Shown here one piece after another: positions 1 to 15,220 of a DNA stretch of 64,000 bases. The stretch's first letter is position 1; every line of letters starts with the position of its first letter. The translations under genes and the position numbers were made by a program. Source of the stretch: Tubiluchus corallicola (taxonomy: Eukaryota > Animalia > Priapulida); the NCBI GenBank assembly GCA_030141605.1, contig JAQGDQ010000026.1, forward strand, positions 620,001 to 684,000, read 5' to 3'. A model generated the notes under the pieces. That model was not told where the DNA came from and made no database searches. It was given only the letters and a program-made list of their open reading frames with translations.

Positions 1-187
1 GTAGAATATCGACCACGAATATTGCATAAGAAACTGAGTTATGACAAAATCCAAGTAGAGTTCTTGACATGCTAAAAAATCTTCATCACAGTACCTCGTT
101 TTGCCCGAGTCATGTTAAAAAATAAAGTGTGCTTAAATGCGCAAAACAAAATAGTGACGTTGAAGATGATAGTGCCGTATTTTTCAG

Positions 188-237
188 TTACATATGCCAC
201 AGCTCCTGCTCAGCCTTATTCAAGTGAACCTGAAGAG
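188..237 (+). CDS. BIRC6: BIRC6 exon (window exon 1)
   Basis: ttttcag|..[16 protein letters not shown]|gtaatt. Confidence 0.8.
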
Positions 238-3200
238 GTAATTAATGTTTGTATGGTCATAGATATGTAAATAATATGTAACATTGTCAATTTGACATTT
301 GGTGAAAATTACTAAAAAATTGGGGTGTAATTTCTTGATTAGTTAGTGAGAAGTTTTTTGTCTTTTATTATTTAATTCTTACTTTTTTTGAAAAAGTGTC
401 TTCTAAAGTACTACAACTTTGTTCTAACTGTACTGTTGTATATTGTAAAACCCTACTGTGTGTGATAGTAGAGAAGAATTATGGTGGTTTTTACTTCAGT
501 TTGCTGCTCGTGTAAATATGCAATTAGGGCAATAACCAGAACACTATCAACTTAAACTCATGTTACAAAACTACATACAATCATCTTTTTCGGCCAGTGA
601 TAATGTTACATTTCTTTGAAGTATTGTATGTCAGCACTTACGATGATTAGCAACATCTTGTATCACAACATTTACACTGATTAGTAAAATATCGTATGTC
701 AGGAGTCATCTAAGATCACCTATCATAGTGTTCGTAATATCATTCACAACACATAATGTAGTACTGTGATGTTTTTAGTTTATGCATACCAGTACAAGCA
801 GTCATGACGACATGGTTGCTACGGCAACAACATCTGGTCATGTCGTAGTCTGGGAGATCAGCGATCAATTACGGGTATTTATACTGCTTATTAATTTCAA
901 TAATAATAGCTATAATAGCAAAATTTATGCAGTTTATGAATAAAATCTATAAAAAAATCTATGGAAAGGCACAACCTAACAATTTTGTATGAAAATATGT
1001 TTGTATGTATATTAACTGTTGTCTCATAATATAAGTTACGAGAGAAAGGTATTACATAAAAATATGCATTCTGCTGCTGAATCGCACAACTACATGTAGT
1101 AGTAGTTGTCTATATTGACGTAGTAAATAGTAGTAAATTGACTATAAAAAGAAAAAAATAGTGGTATTTTCTTGTTAGGGTATTACTGACATGAAAATGT
1201 GATCAAAGGAGCTCAAATCTATTCACAATATTCGTGTTAGCAGCAGCAGCAGTAGTAATTTAGATAATTGTAATTGTAAAATAAACAGCAGTCTTAGTAT
1301 ATTTCTTTACGCTAATGCTTTTATTGTTATTGTAAATGCAGAATAACTAAAATGTACCTTGTACATTATGCTTCTCCTGTGTTTTATGTCTATTTTCAAC
1401 TATACGTTCAAATGTTCACTTTCAGAAATATGCAGATTTTCAGTTAGAACTGCCTAAATGCCGGGTATCAGTTCAAGAAGAACAGACTGAGCAGACTTGG
1501 TATGTTATACACTTCAAGCAATATTTTTATTTCTGTGGTAACAATACTTTATTGTTAACTAGTAAAAATACCTCTAAAAGGTTAATTTGGTTTTACCATT
1601 TAAACTGATATGGCTTGCCATTTGCCTTCTGAACAATTACCAAAAATTTTAATTAGCCATAGGATGATATTAATTCCTATAGATAGTCATGGTTCTAGCG
1701 GGACAATAAATCGCAACTGCCAACTGTCATTACGAAAACTTTTGTTCTGATTAAGTGATTTTATCAAAAATCATTTTACTGTGACATTCCACTAAATGCT
1801 ACCTTTTTCATATTTATATGATCAACAAGTGTGCAATGCAATAGTCTATGAGGTCGTTTGCTTATTTTATCACTCATGTTTATCACGTTTTTAGTATTAC
1901 TTTGATGGATAGGCCCATTTCATGACTGGTATCTGTGTATGTTGAGTAATCTTTTGACAAGGGTAGCTGTATATTTTGGTTTTTGATTTCACCTAGTATA
2001 CCCTCATTTAACCTTCAAATCTTAGGGCAGTGTGGCAGATGCACTCGGTCAATAGTTATCCAGCACATCCACTTACCAACCAGGCCCATTTTTGCTGCCT
2101 AACTAATATAGCAAGAACAGTCTGTGACCACTCAGCTATATACCCTTATCACTTTATTTGTTTTGCAGGAATGAAGCTTGTGAGCAAGACAAGTCTAAAG
2201 GTATATTAGTGTCTTAGTAATAGTAGTAATTTTATTTATCTTCATAAATGCAGTAGTTAAGATATTAGACATATTGTACAGGTAAATACGAGCAGAGGTG
2301 ACAAAAGACGGTTACCCAGTCAGTCATCAGTTGTACTTATTTTTACACTGGATGGTAAAAAGAGTGAAGATGAGCTTGACTTATTAGACAAATAAAAGTG
2401 AATCAGATTCAAATACATTTTTTTAATTGTGAAAAAATAATAGTTAACTTCTGGGAAAGAATTTTGAATGCTGAGCAGCTGGATGTCCGAGCTCATCATA
2501 ATGTTTTCTGTTCTTTTCAAGGTACAGCAGTAAATGCGAATCATAGAACACCATCAAAAATTGATTCCGTGACCTCTTTATGTGTTCTGAAGCACCCTAG
2601 TCTAGTTGAAGTTTCTTCTAATAATAACTTAGGCAGAAAACCTTCTGGTGACAGTGTTTGTTCAGTATGTGGCCTCATGGCTGGTGTCATGGTCGAATCG
2701 AAAAACATTTCCACCGACAAATCTCGAACTTCACTATTTCCGTGTATTGTTGTGGACAACATAAAAAAATCTGTAATTGAAAAAAAGAACACTAATGCTG
2801 ATGCTGTAACAAAGGTTCCAGTTCCTGCTAAAACTAGTTCTCAACCCGATGCTTTTAAGTCAACAACAAAGAATACAAAACACGTAACTGCAAATGAAGA
2901 TGCAGATCCAGACATAGAAATTGTTGCTGTGATACCAGGAGATATGAAGCAAAAGGATAAGGGCACACCATCCGTTAAAATATCTCCTCCATCTGAACCA
3001 GTGTCAGCATGGAGTGATAGTAGCTTAGAGTCTCCTATGCTAACTAGTGTACATCATACTCCAGTCAGCAGTTCAGTAATTAGTCGTGATCCAAGTCTTC
3101 CTAGTCATTCATTTAGACCTATAAGGAAGGTTGAAATTGAAGCAAAAAATACTGTCAGCTTATCTGACACAAGTCAGCATAGTGTCGGAAGTTTTATTGT

Positions 3201-6200
3201 TGAGGTACCTGATCAGTTTCATGATGCTAGTCTTAATGTGCAGTTTATAATTCCAAGTTTGTCTGGTAGTCATGTATTAGTTATAATTGGCCCCATTAAC
3301 ATGGGCCAAAATCATAAGCACCAGCTAAGTCATGGCTTGGAAGAGGGAGACTTGATAGACTTATCAAATGACAAGGAAACTGTTCTTGAGACAAGAAGCA
3401 TGCCAAACCTTATAACAGGAGATTCAACTACTTTAACCAGTTCTCTAGATGGTGCAGTAGCTTCTAAGAGCATGCTCGACACAAATCCTTTAACAGAAGG
3501 CTCAACAACTCTTACCAGTTCACTAGAGGTTGCAGGGACTTCTAAGAGTATGCTTGCTATGAGTGACGAATCTGTTGAAAGCTTTCTAACAACAACTGAT
3601 TCTGTTGGAGGGTATACGACGATTCTAGAAATTCCCAACCCTGAACTAGAAAAAGCCTGGAAACAAGACAAGGACTATGATCTCCTTGATATCAATTACC
3701 AAGAAGAAATTCCAGCAATACAAATTGAATCAGAGAATTTTGAAACAGTCATCTCTGATTTACCTTCTTCAAGTCATCAGCAAGATTCTACGCCTAGAGC
3801 AGTTTTTGGTGCTCTTCTGCTGTACAAGGTTCGCACAGTGTGTGGATTGGTTATGCTAGAACCATTTCCAATTTGTACAAAGGTAATCGACGATGTATCA
3901 GGAGTTGTGACTTCGGCAACAATGGCATTGCCAGAAATCCTACCTTCAGAACAAGCTGAGGAGAAAAAGCGTGAGTACATTGTTCTCACGCAACGGAATG
4001 GAAACATTCGGTTTCTTGATTTGAATGGGTTGTACACTGTCGCAACATGCCAGGCGCCACCAAGTGAAAAATTCATTTCCACTACCTGCTGCATTGGTGA
4101 GTATTCTACTTTTTTACTTACACAGTAAACATGTCATATGAGCTTACAATTTTATGCATAGTTGGCAAGCAGAGTCCTTTTTTTCAAAAAATTGTTTTAC
4201 CTAGGCGGAACTTAAGTATAACAAGCACAACCATGGGTAATAGCAGCAGCTGACTCAGTCACAATGACCCCTATCAGAAAAGAAAATGAAGCAGATTGGA
4301 AAAGAGGGGAAGAGAGTGTGTGACAGGCAAACAAAAAGAAATAGCTCCTATATTTTTTAAATAATGCTGTCTATAATACTATTATGGTTGAGTTCTATAT
4401 AATCAGATGAAAATTTATAAAGAGTTGATTGAAAATGTTTCAGTCGGTGAGAACAAAATCAGAACCTGGCTAGTGTGCATTAAGTTCGTTTCGTTTCAAA
4501 ATTATATTAATTACGCTGTAACTACTTAGGGGTTTGGCAGGCAGAAGTCATATCACATGAACTACTGACATGAAATGGTAGTAGTTTTTTTATCTCCCAT
4601 TTTAGTACTTTTTAACCTTGAAGGTATGTATAATTATCTTTTTTTTAACATTTTAATTAGCTAGATTCATTTGCAAAATAAATAACTAGTAAATCAACTT
4701 CCTGCAGGTTTAGAAAGACTAGGTGCTTTGACCAGCTCTGGAGAGATACACTTTCTACACATACAAACAAGAGAGACGATGCTAGCTGAAGCAGCAATGC
4801 GAGACAGCGTGATCTCTGTAGAGAGCATAGGCAGCGATTCTGCTGATTCTACCACTTGCTTTGCAGGTTTGTTTTTTGATGGGTAATTTCAACATTTTTA
4901 GCTTTCATTCATGAGTGAAATAAATCTAAGTTGCATTACTTATACTTGTCAGTATCACTGTGTTAAAGGAAAACAAGGTGATTTTTATCAGATTCTGTTT
5001 CATTATGAAATATGATAAAGCACATACATATATCACCTATAATAATGCCAAAATATTTCTGATGATTAAATATTAGCTTAATTAATGGTGGGAAGCACAG
5101 CTAGCAATAACCCCGTAATCGATCATAGTTTTGTAGTAGCAAAAACGTTCCTTGAGTGTGATCCATGTGCTTGAAAAAAATTGAGATGGAGTGCTACTGC
5201 AGAATACTAACTATGATTTACGTCAACTTTAATGCTTAGGTTTTTAGGTTTCAGAATTTAAATCACTGTGCTAATATGAGATTGATTTCACAAGTGTGTG
5301 CTCTTAAAAAAATTTCAATATTTTGTGTGTTAGAACTGCAGTGCATCTACTTTCACATTGCACAATGGATCTGTTTGTACTTGAGCATAAAATAACCCTA
5401 ACACAGTTTGAAGTGATTACCATTTAGTTTTTTGCTGCATTTCTTCCCTTCTACATTGTTCCCGTCTGTAATTGTGTAAGGCTATTTCCAGGAAGATTTT
5501 TGAATTTCAAGGTTCAAGAGAAATTCTTTTTTATTAAGGATGTCTTTGTTTAACTTGATTAGTTGTTACTTGGCCATATTGAGTAAAGTGATGTCTTTCA
5601 TTTTCTTCAATGTTGTGATGTTTGCAGATAAAGATTTGCTTGTGAATCAGCCACTGACTGAGGATGTCCTACAGACATTGTGTGAACTGACGCATTTTGA
5701 GGAAGTGCTGCCTTGTTTCCTAGCAACCATTCCTCCATGCTGGACTGAAATCATGCAGTCTCAGAAACAGAGAAGGCATCCACAGCATTTACAGCAGCAT
5801 GGTCAAGCTGCTCAGCATACGCGTACTTGGAGACTTCAAGCTGATAAGTATGTAGAGCTTTAATTAGTTTGATTCTTGTCTCTTACATCTCATGTGATTA
5901 TGTTGCTCAACTGGTTTGCTATTGTGGATGTTTTTATAGCTTTATTTAATGGCAAATGTTTGTGTCGCTAGCACTGCTGATTGTTAAAAGGACAAAAGTA
6001 AATTTTTCTGTAACTTTTAAATGTAAACTTTTGAAGTAAATTCACTGTGACTCAGTGTCTGGTACTTGATATGCAAACGAAAGAAATGAATGACTTTTAT
6101 TCGATATACAAATACGGGAACTGTAGTATATAATTGCTATAGTATTGTTATATAGTAGTATATAATAAAGGAATGAAACGAGCAAAACAAGCACGAACGA

Positions 6201-9200
6201 TAATAATGCACAAAAGAGAAAACGGTGCCAAAAACTTATAACAGTATATTAAACAGTTGATAATTAAAATTAGAATATTTTCTACCTATGCCTCCGACTG
6301 TATTATTATTATTATTATAATTCCTTATTTAAAATTTAAAATTGTACGCATATACAAATATTTACATAAAATACATACAGGGACCCTCTATCTCCGACTG
6401 TAAGATGCTATGACACACAGCTGTCAGAAACATGTGGATCCATCTGACGGCCAAATGGATCGCAAGGTGGATGGATACATATAGGACTTAATATTTAAAA
6501 AATGAGACTTTAAACAACCAGCAACTGTTTGATTGTTGAAAACTCTTGAAACCATTTACTGACGCGTTTTATGGTTCTACTTGCTAGGCATTTGTCAGGG
6601 CCAATAACCCAATAACTAAAAGATGATTAAGCCTAAATAAGCACTAATAGTGTTAAAATATTAGTGCCACTGAAATATTTTCCAGAAAAGATTATTGTGA
6701 CAAAGCTGAATTTGCTAACTATGATAGTATATGTAATAATAATGTAAGAAATGCATCTTAATATTTTTACGGAAAATAAAAAAAATATAAATATTTTCAA
6801 GACCAACAAGTATTAACAACAGGTTGTAATTGCTCATAGCAGCCTACTTTTGCTGATACGATTAACTTGACCTCAGTTTTGGTATGCATGAAAGTGGATG
6901 TTGCGCAAAATAGATGTAGATACATATAGATGCTGAAGAAAGTAGATAATAATACATTTAGGTGCTGCAAAAGTAGATGTAGATTAAAGGTAGAGGAGTA
7001 AAGTAGATGTTCCAAACACTGCTTGATCGCACATGTTGGACGTATTGTACAATATGTTCATTGTTGTAAACAAATGTAACCATGTTTCCTGTAAACAAAA
7101 GAATTTGCTTCATTTTCTGTTACTTGTTATAAGTATTTATGTTTTGATGTCTTTGTTGATACATGCTTATATTATTATGTTTTATACCTGATGTTATATT
7201 ATGTTTATACCGTGCCATATTAGTAATTTACAATTTCAGCACTTCTCCATTTGATGAACACCTTTTTGAGCTGAATTTAAAAATGCCATGCACAGTAGGG
7301 CATGTGGATGTCAGATACAGCTTACATCCACTATGTACAACAGTGCCTGACATACAAGTATGTAACAGTTTTTGATAATTTTCTTATCTAGAAATCAAGA
7401 TCCTGTTAATGCTATGAATTATCCAGACCTTAATGCAAGCTGATTCTGCTTTAAGTTTTATCTAATTTGGTATCAATTACTATTATTAACTATGCTTATA
7501 GTTTGTTAAGGGCAGGCTGCAATTTCATTCTTAAGTGGCATTTGCCTGGAATCCAGAATATGTTGTGCGTCGTCCGCCTGTGGAATAGCTGCATATAAAA
7601 AGTCAATAGGAAATAGCTGCAGAAAAAATAACGGATAACTCGGGTCTGATAAACGGATGTGTTGAAAACAATATAAACCGATTTTATCTATTCCACATCT
7701 GCATTATGCATATGCATTGAGGTTGCTGCATAAATGCCCTTCAATCTGCTAAATATCAGAATTGCTTATTTGCTGATATTAATTGCTGGGCATGTAGTTT
7801 ATCATAGATTTGAGGTGAAGCTTATTTATCTGAATAACTGTGGGGAATGTGATTTAGTTGTGTGTTAGTTATGTTTATAGGAAAGGGTTTTACACAGTTA
7901 TCCATAGTTTTGTAATTTTTTAATTACACAAAAAGTTAATGAAAAGTTATCGAGTATCTGCTAAAGCGGTGCAAAATTTGTGGTTCATCTAGACAGAAGT
8001 GGTAACTGGGTGTCTTTAATGTGTTCTTTCTACATTTTAGAGAAAAAACGTCAATTTTGGTGTATTAGATTTTGTTGTCTTTGTATTTGAAGAATATCAT
8101 GTCTCTTGTAGGTGACTCTGCTGAAACAGACAACATCGGGTTTACTTGCACCACGTGGCTCAACTCACACTAGTGTAGATAGCACTATCGATTTTAATGT
8201 CGGCAATAATAAAGTTACAGCTCGCAGTCAGTTTCTCGAGTATCATCGATCTGATGTGTTATGTGGTCCTGTAAGACTAGTTAACTATGTAGACATGGTT
8301 GGTCAAGGTGGACTGGTAACATTGAGTAGTCCTCAGCTTTTAAGATCTAGATTGCGGTCATTACTGTTGCATGTACAAGCCATTCCAAGTGAAGCTGATT
8401 TACAAGAAAACGAGGTAATTGCCTGTTCTCCATGCTAACTTTATTGCCTTATTTATATTTGAGAAATTGTGAGGAGCAGGAGCTGTAAGAAGAATGTTAA
8501 AAAGAATATATTCAAAGTTTTTGCACGTTTGCTGAATGTCGCTAAAGGACAGGAAAGGAATACCCTGAAGTAGGTTTCAGAAAAGCGCCTTAAAAATTAT
8601 ATTACTTTATAGCAAATTTATGTATATATCGTACTCATGTTGAAAGGATTTTTTGTTTGTTTTCATTTTAAACCTCCCGCGATATTGTTCCGACAGCGCC
8701 CTTACATGACATCATCTACGCACACCTACGCTCAACGTAAATCAGGGGAAGAAAAGGCAATGTTAAACTATGTCCAAAAAACTTTCCATGCAAAGTTATA
8801 TTACTTAGCATGTCATTTACCTGGAAGGACTTATGTAACTAAAAAAGAAAATCCTTAATAATTTATCATGTTTTCACTAATTGGTGAAAAATGCCATTGC
8901 CTCACCTCCAAGGTGCACCACTCACTAATAAAAAAAAAACAATTTTTAATCTTATTGACAAGATATTAAAGGTTTTCTTAGTTAGTGAAGCATGTACTGT
9001 GAATGCTCTGATTATTTTTTTAAACTATCTAATGTTATCTAAACTTGTTTTAAATGAGTTGTCATCAAAATAGCTGTATGGGCGTTGAGGGAGTTTTATA
9101 CAGCGTTACTGCTAAGCAAGCCCTGCATGCTATAAGACTTTATGTAAGTGGCATAAAATTTGAAGAGAAAATTCTTAAGCTTTATGTAAGTGAAGGGTTT

Positions 9201-10445
9201 TCCAGTACTTTAAGTAATGTAAATCTATTAATTTTATTTCATTCTTTCACTGCTACCCTTACAACAAAGACACTTGTACGTCACGTAGGTGACAAGATTA
9301 GCAAGCTTTATTTGCACTAGCAAAACATATTACTGTAAGAAAAAAATGAAATAGTTGTAACAACTTGTAGTGCCAATAAAGCCTATTAATCGAAAGCTAG
9401 TAGTAGTGTACGATACATGTTGTGTAATGTCTCAATTCTCATATTTGCATTTTCCATTAGAAACCACCTAGCAAAGAACAGTCGAAAAAATTAGTATCTT
9501 CACATGCAAAAGGAAGTCAGTTGGATCAAGCTGTGTTGTCAGCCGTCTTGCAGAAGAAGGGAGATAACCTGAAGGGATGTGACTGGATTCAGGAACTGTC
9601 CGTGACTATACGTAAATGTGTGAAAACGTCTGTGCCCAACGAGAGGTTTGAATTTATGACTGCATCTTTTTATAAGCAGTAGGTCATTATGTACTATTGG
9701 GTTTTTGTGATCAGGTGTATGCTTAATACATTATAAGTGTGCCTTCCAAATATAGTTGGTGCTTTGTGGAATGGCTGTACAATTGATGTGTATTGTTCAA
9801 CTAGTGTAAGTTCACTTTACGCTAAGCATTAGTGTTCATGCTAATAGCAAAACTATTTAGTATTTATTTTTAATTGCTGTCTTGAATCTTTGTGGATGTG
9901 CTGGTAAAGATTCATTAATGGTGCGTTTTGGAAATCTAGGCTAGAAAGATGTGCCATGTTTGAGCTGACAAGTTTTCACAAGAATTTGGTGCAAGTTGCA
10001 TGTCTTACGCCAGTGGTAGCTTCTTGGCAAGAAAACGTAGACAGGTTCGATCAAGATGCGAAGCCGAGTACGAGCAAAATATTAACCAAGCCTCCAAAAC
10101 CTGTCAAGGTTACCGTGGCTCAGCAGCATTTTGCCTTGGATATTCTCATCTGGCTAACTGCTATACAAATGAATGATTTAGATAAAAGGTAATGTTTTGG
10201 CTTGTTTCTTCCTGGGTTTGATGCACAATCTACAGTTGTTTATTCTGAATGGGCCAATCAGTGCTTAATTTTTGTTGTAGGGCAGAAGCACTCCATGTTT
10301 CCCAGTTTATGACTGGACTACTCTTAAAGGATGGAGAACTGCTTCATCTTTTGTCCTAAGAAAATCTCTTTTTAGGTGCTTAGATAGTGAGAGAGACACA
10401 GAGAGGGGGAAAGTGGTGGAGGAGGAGGGAGAGGGAGGGAGGGAG

Positions 10446-10537
<92 letters not shown>

Positions 10538-13500
10538 AGGAGGGAGGACGGAGGGAGAGAGGAGAGAGAGAGAGAGAGAATTAAAAGGATCTATTTGCAA
10601 CTGCTAATTATTTTATATTTGCATAGCAGTCATAAACATGTTCTAAGACTGATCTTGTAAATTTATTTTGGACAGTACAGTTACAACAGTTGTGACTGGT
10701 AGTTGTAAGTCCATGTACTTGCCTGTGCACTAGTGAATCTAGGCTCTTGTACATTAATTACTTGTTAATGGATGTTCATATTTAAACTTAGCACAATTAG
10801 TAAATTAGTATTGTTTTATAATATTTGCAGAAGCCTTAAAGACGTATTTAGTTCTTTTTACTTTTAGGGCTGGAGGTAAAAATATGCTGTTTACAGTGCA
10901 ATCACAGTTAAATCAACTGGTAAAGAACTGTTTCTTTTTATCAGGCCGATCCCCGGCTCACAAGTGTTCCAAACTTATAGCTCTCTGCTTAGAGTAAGTT
11001 GTTCAACTTTTTTTTATAGAAAAGACTTCCCATTTAAGTTTAGACAGATCCACCACAAATGTGAATTATTTCCTGGAGCCAATGTTATTACTTGTTGTTT
11101 ATGATTTACTGCTGTTGCATTTTATGTAATTAATTTACTTAATGGGAGAATATCATGAAAATCAAGTTGAACTTATTTTAAAACTGACTTGCCTGCATTA
11201 GTCTGTCAAAAAAGTTTTAGTGCTGCTTTGCCTAATTAATGGATAATTAACGTACAGTAAGTCCTCGCTTAACGACTCGCGTTTAGCGATTCGTTTTAAT
11301 GACGCTAATCCTTTGACACCTTTTTTCGCTTTCGTTTTAATAGCGATTTTTTTGTCTTACTTTATTTGCTGCATTTGTACTTCTAGCAAGAAACCCACCA
11401 CTTAACCCTGATCACTATAGCACAACTAAACTGACAGCAGACAATCAGCTACAGCTGCAGGCAGGCCGATCATTCCTTGTTTTACCATGTTTAGATTAAA
11501 TTCTTCTTGATAAAATGCAAGAGTTTCAGCTGGTAAACTCTTATGTTACATGGTTAATTGCTGCAAACACCTCATTTACATTTTAGCTGCCACAAACGCA
11601 GTACTAGTAATATTTCTCAGGTGTTATGACCAGTGTTAAACAAAAAAGAAAAAAATTATGCTATAGACAGAATTGGACATTTTGAATCGTTTTGATGCTA
11701 GTGAAAGAGCAGTAGACATTAGTAAGGCTCTGAATTTGCCGTTGTCAACTGCTAAGACAATTCACAAAAATGCTGCAAAAATAAGAGTAGGTGCAAAAAG
11801 TGCAACAGGCGCTGCAAGAATTACAGAAATGAAGAGTTCAACAACTGAAAAAGCAGAGCAGCTTTTATCTATGTGGATTGGCGATCAGAGCCAGCATGGT
11901 ATGCCTCTAAGCTTGCATGTGATTCAAGCTAAGGTTTTAGGTTTATACAATGACATAAAAACTAAGGAGGGTGAATGCTCATAGGAAGAATCATATGCTG
12001 CAAGTTGATCATGGTTTCAGAAACACTCAAGACTATAATCATAGACGGTCGCTATTCAAGCAAACAAATTTCTAACATTGATGAAACTGGTCTCTTTGAA
12101 AAAGAAGGTCAGCACGCACTTATATATATTGACGGAAGAAAGACGACACTCGGTGTAACTAATTGGAGTACACCCCATGCCCAGAGTATAGCCAGGGTTA
12201 TTCCAGGCTAGGCTGTTTTATACCCACGGTATAGTTTGGGCTTGTTATACCTCCGGGTATAAAATGGACTAGGCTAGAATATACCCCCTTTGTCCAGAAT
12301 ATACCCCTCCTTTTCCAAATCAAAGAGCTTATTATTTTTTACTCATTTTATTATTATTATCATATTTTTATTATTTTTATCACTTTGCTAATAAAGCGGT
12401 ATGGCCCATTATCCCACGTAGTGTACCAATTGTAATTCCAGGAGTGTAAGTACAAAAAAATTTAACATCTATATTAATGAAAGACTGTTTTATTCAGTAC
12501 CAAACAACTAAAAGCTTAAGTCTACATGAATATTAACATTAATGTACATTCATTGATGATTTTCCGTGTTACTATTATAATTACACAATAATTGACTTTA
12601 GCTGTCGGTATCTGAAGTGGATGTTACACAGTATTACATACAGTCATGCTAACTGTCTATATTAACAGTATTTGCAACTTCAAAGCAGAAAACGTTAATA
12701 CATTTTTATAGGCCTAAATTTTTTCTAAGATGATAATCCAGTTAATTTAGTCAGTAGAAACAATTGAACATTTACAGAACATTTAAAACAACATTGAAAT
12801 ACTCAGAAAGATTTGTGAGGTACAAATCATTTTCTGAAGTGGAACGTAATTGAAAACTTGCTGGATATGTCACGCATTCATTGGACTGTCCACATTTACT
12901 TTAAACTACAATGGCACATCTCCTAGGGCATAATGTAGGCTAATCCAAATCACACCTCGGGGGGGGGGGTTATTCTGGGTAGATTAAACTAAACCCTGGG
13001 TATATTCTGATAGGCCAGTCTTGCAAAATACTGAACCTTTTAACATAGCCATGCTTCAGTGGTTTTCAGCCCGCTGCAAACAACTGAACGTTTTTATATA
13101 GCCAAGTACCACTGATTTTGCTCCTGGAATGCAGCTGAATGTTTTTACATTATTTTTATGGAAATCAATGTTTCGTTTAGCGACGTTTCCGGAACGCATT
13201 AGCGTCGTTAAGCAAGGACTTGCTGTATATGCATCCCAAGCTATAGAGCGCTGTTTATGCACTAAATGAAATATCTTCCCTACGCGTTTGCGAACTGAAA
13301 TAATTAGTCTGATTGTCGGAATTATTTTGAGATTCAAATACACAATTATGTTTAAGTATGATGAACTTTTCGACTTGGAAAAGGTGAAGTAGCCGGTATA
13401 TGTGAGATGATTAAGTCTTTTTCAATTTTTAACGTATACCGGCTTAGTTTGTGTAATAGTACTAGCTCATCCATGATAATAGTAATACACCCATTGTGAG

Positions 13501-15183
13501 TTCAGGCATTTAAATTCAGCAGTATAAAAGTATGATCACTACAGTAAGAAATTACAACTTATGTAGATGACAGTATGACTAATATTTTTTTAAGCAGAAA
13601 TGGCTCAAACACAGTACTGATTACTATGACTGAGAACTGAACTTGATCTAGAATGTAATAGGTAAATAAAAAACAAAGTATCCAAACACTGTAAACTGTT
13701 AACAACCCGTCTCGTCCTTATTGATAAACAAATGATTCAATCTCACTAGAAAGTCTGTTACAGAAAAAATCAATGCAGTGCATCACTCCGAAGTTACTCA
13801 CAGTGACAAGGCAATTTTGTCACCAGAGGCACAGTTGCAGGCCCTGGATAGAGGCATGCGAGCGCGAGTTTTAAAGTTAATTTTGTGTGAACTTTTGTGC
13901 ATGAAGGCATTATTAGATATTTGTGTCAAGAACAAGGTATGTATTTGAATTCACAATATATCTGCAAGTTATTGAAGCTCAACTTGATTTTCGTGATATT
14001 CTACATTTAGTGTGTTACATAATACAAAGTCCTAATTTGTAATGAAACTAGGTAATTTAAAGTTGCAGTACCTTAATAAGTGATAATTTCAGGCACATTT
14101 AGATATGCACTTGAATTTTGTTTAGCTTTGTCAAAACACATTGCACTATGAGTGGAGAAGTGGACATTATAGCTGTATTTAAAAACAATTTGCTTCATGC
14201 TTTACTGGATTGCCTGGATATGGTGTACGCTGGTATGTATAATCTTTTGTAAGTTTCTTTTGCATATTCAACACAGTATTCGATTTTACTCCACTTCACC
14301 AACAATGGCCAATGATTCGAAGTGAGTGCATCTCAGTGTGAAATGATTGCTACTTTAGAGTGATTTTACTAATTAAATGAGGTGCTTGTTGCACGTTTAT
14401 TGTTGAAACTTTCTTATATTTTTTTCAAATGCTTATGCTAAGCTTAATTTTCTAGGCTGTATGTCTTTCCATTAACATATATTTTTATTTCTTGCAGCCC
14501 CCTCTGCTGGAGCACTTCATTGGTTTTTTCTGTTGCTAAACAGAGTGAAGGGTTTAAATACAGAGAGGACAGCTGGAAAATGTGCAGAATTGTTGCTAGA
14601 AGTGGCAAAACTCTTGAGTGAGAGAAACATGCCACAACATGCTCTTCTTGCTGCAAGGTATGGTAATACATGATATAAGAGTTGCGTGGTTTTGAGTAGA
14701 AACTAAGTAATTAGTATGACAACATTGTAATTAGTATGAAATTAGATCACAAAATCGATAAAATTCAATTTGAATTTGATTTTTTGATTTTTTTGTCTCA
14801 TACAAAAACAATATTTGGTAAAGTGTTAGTGATAAAGTAGAAGTTAATGAGAGAGATGGGGTGGAAAAAGACCATACGGTCACCGAGCATCCAGCCTTCA
14901 CTCCTAATATGTGATAAACGTGTAAGTTAGTGGCGTTTGTATTTAAGTGGCTCATTTTTTTTATTAGAATTCTTATAAATTGTCAACAACAATATAAACG
15001 TAAAATAATAAAACAGCAATGGTATATAATAAGTAGGGTGAATGACGAAAAAATAATAAAGACAAAAAGTATTTTAAATTACGATAACAACATCAATATA
15101 GATAGCCAAAAACATATATAAAAAATCAGCAAAATAATTATATAGGGAGAAGTTACTTCAATCAGCATTCATAACTGTAAGCA

Positions 15184-15220
<37 letters not shown>

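Larger units (their letters stand above)
11255..13225 (+). mobile_element. Tigger/pogo-family DNA transposon, decayed
   Basis: TIRs CAGTAAGTCCTCGCTTAACGAC / GTCGTTAAGCAAGGACTTGCTG flanked by TA; broken transposase with CENP-B-type HTH ([18 protein letters not shown]) and DDE start ([11 protein letters not shown]). Confidence 0.9.

Noticed and set aside
2398-4128. 576-aa ORF as a standalone gene
   Set aside because: Starts at GTG in intron sequence, and splice sites at 2522 and 4096 place it in phase within BIRC6.
7503-7745. Possible Harbinger-like MITE (AAGGGCA...TGCCCTT)
   Set aside because: TIR match too short and degenerate to support a call.
10307-10607. RERERE and SLSLSL ORFs
   Set aside because: Translations of the (GA)n microsatellite inside an intron.
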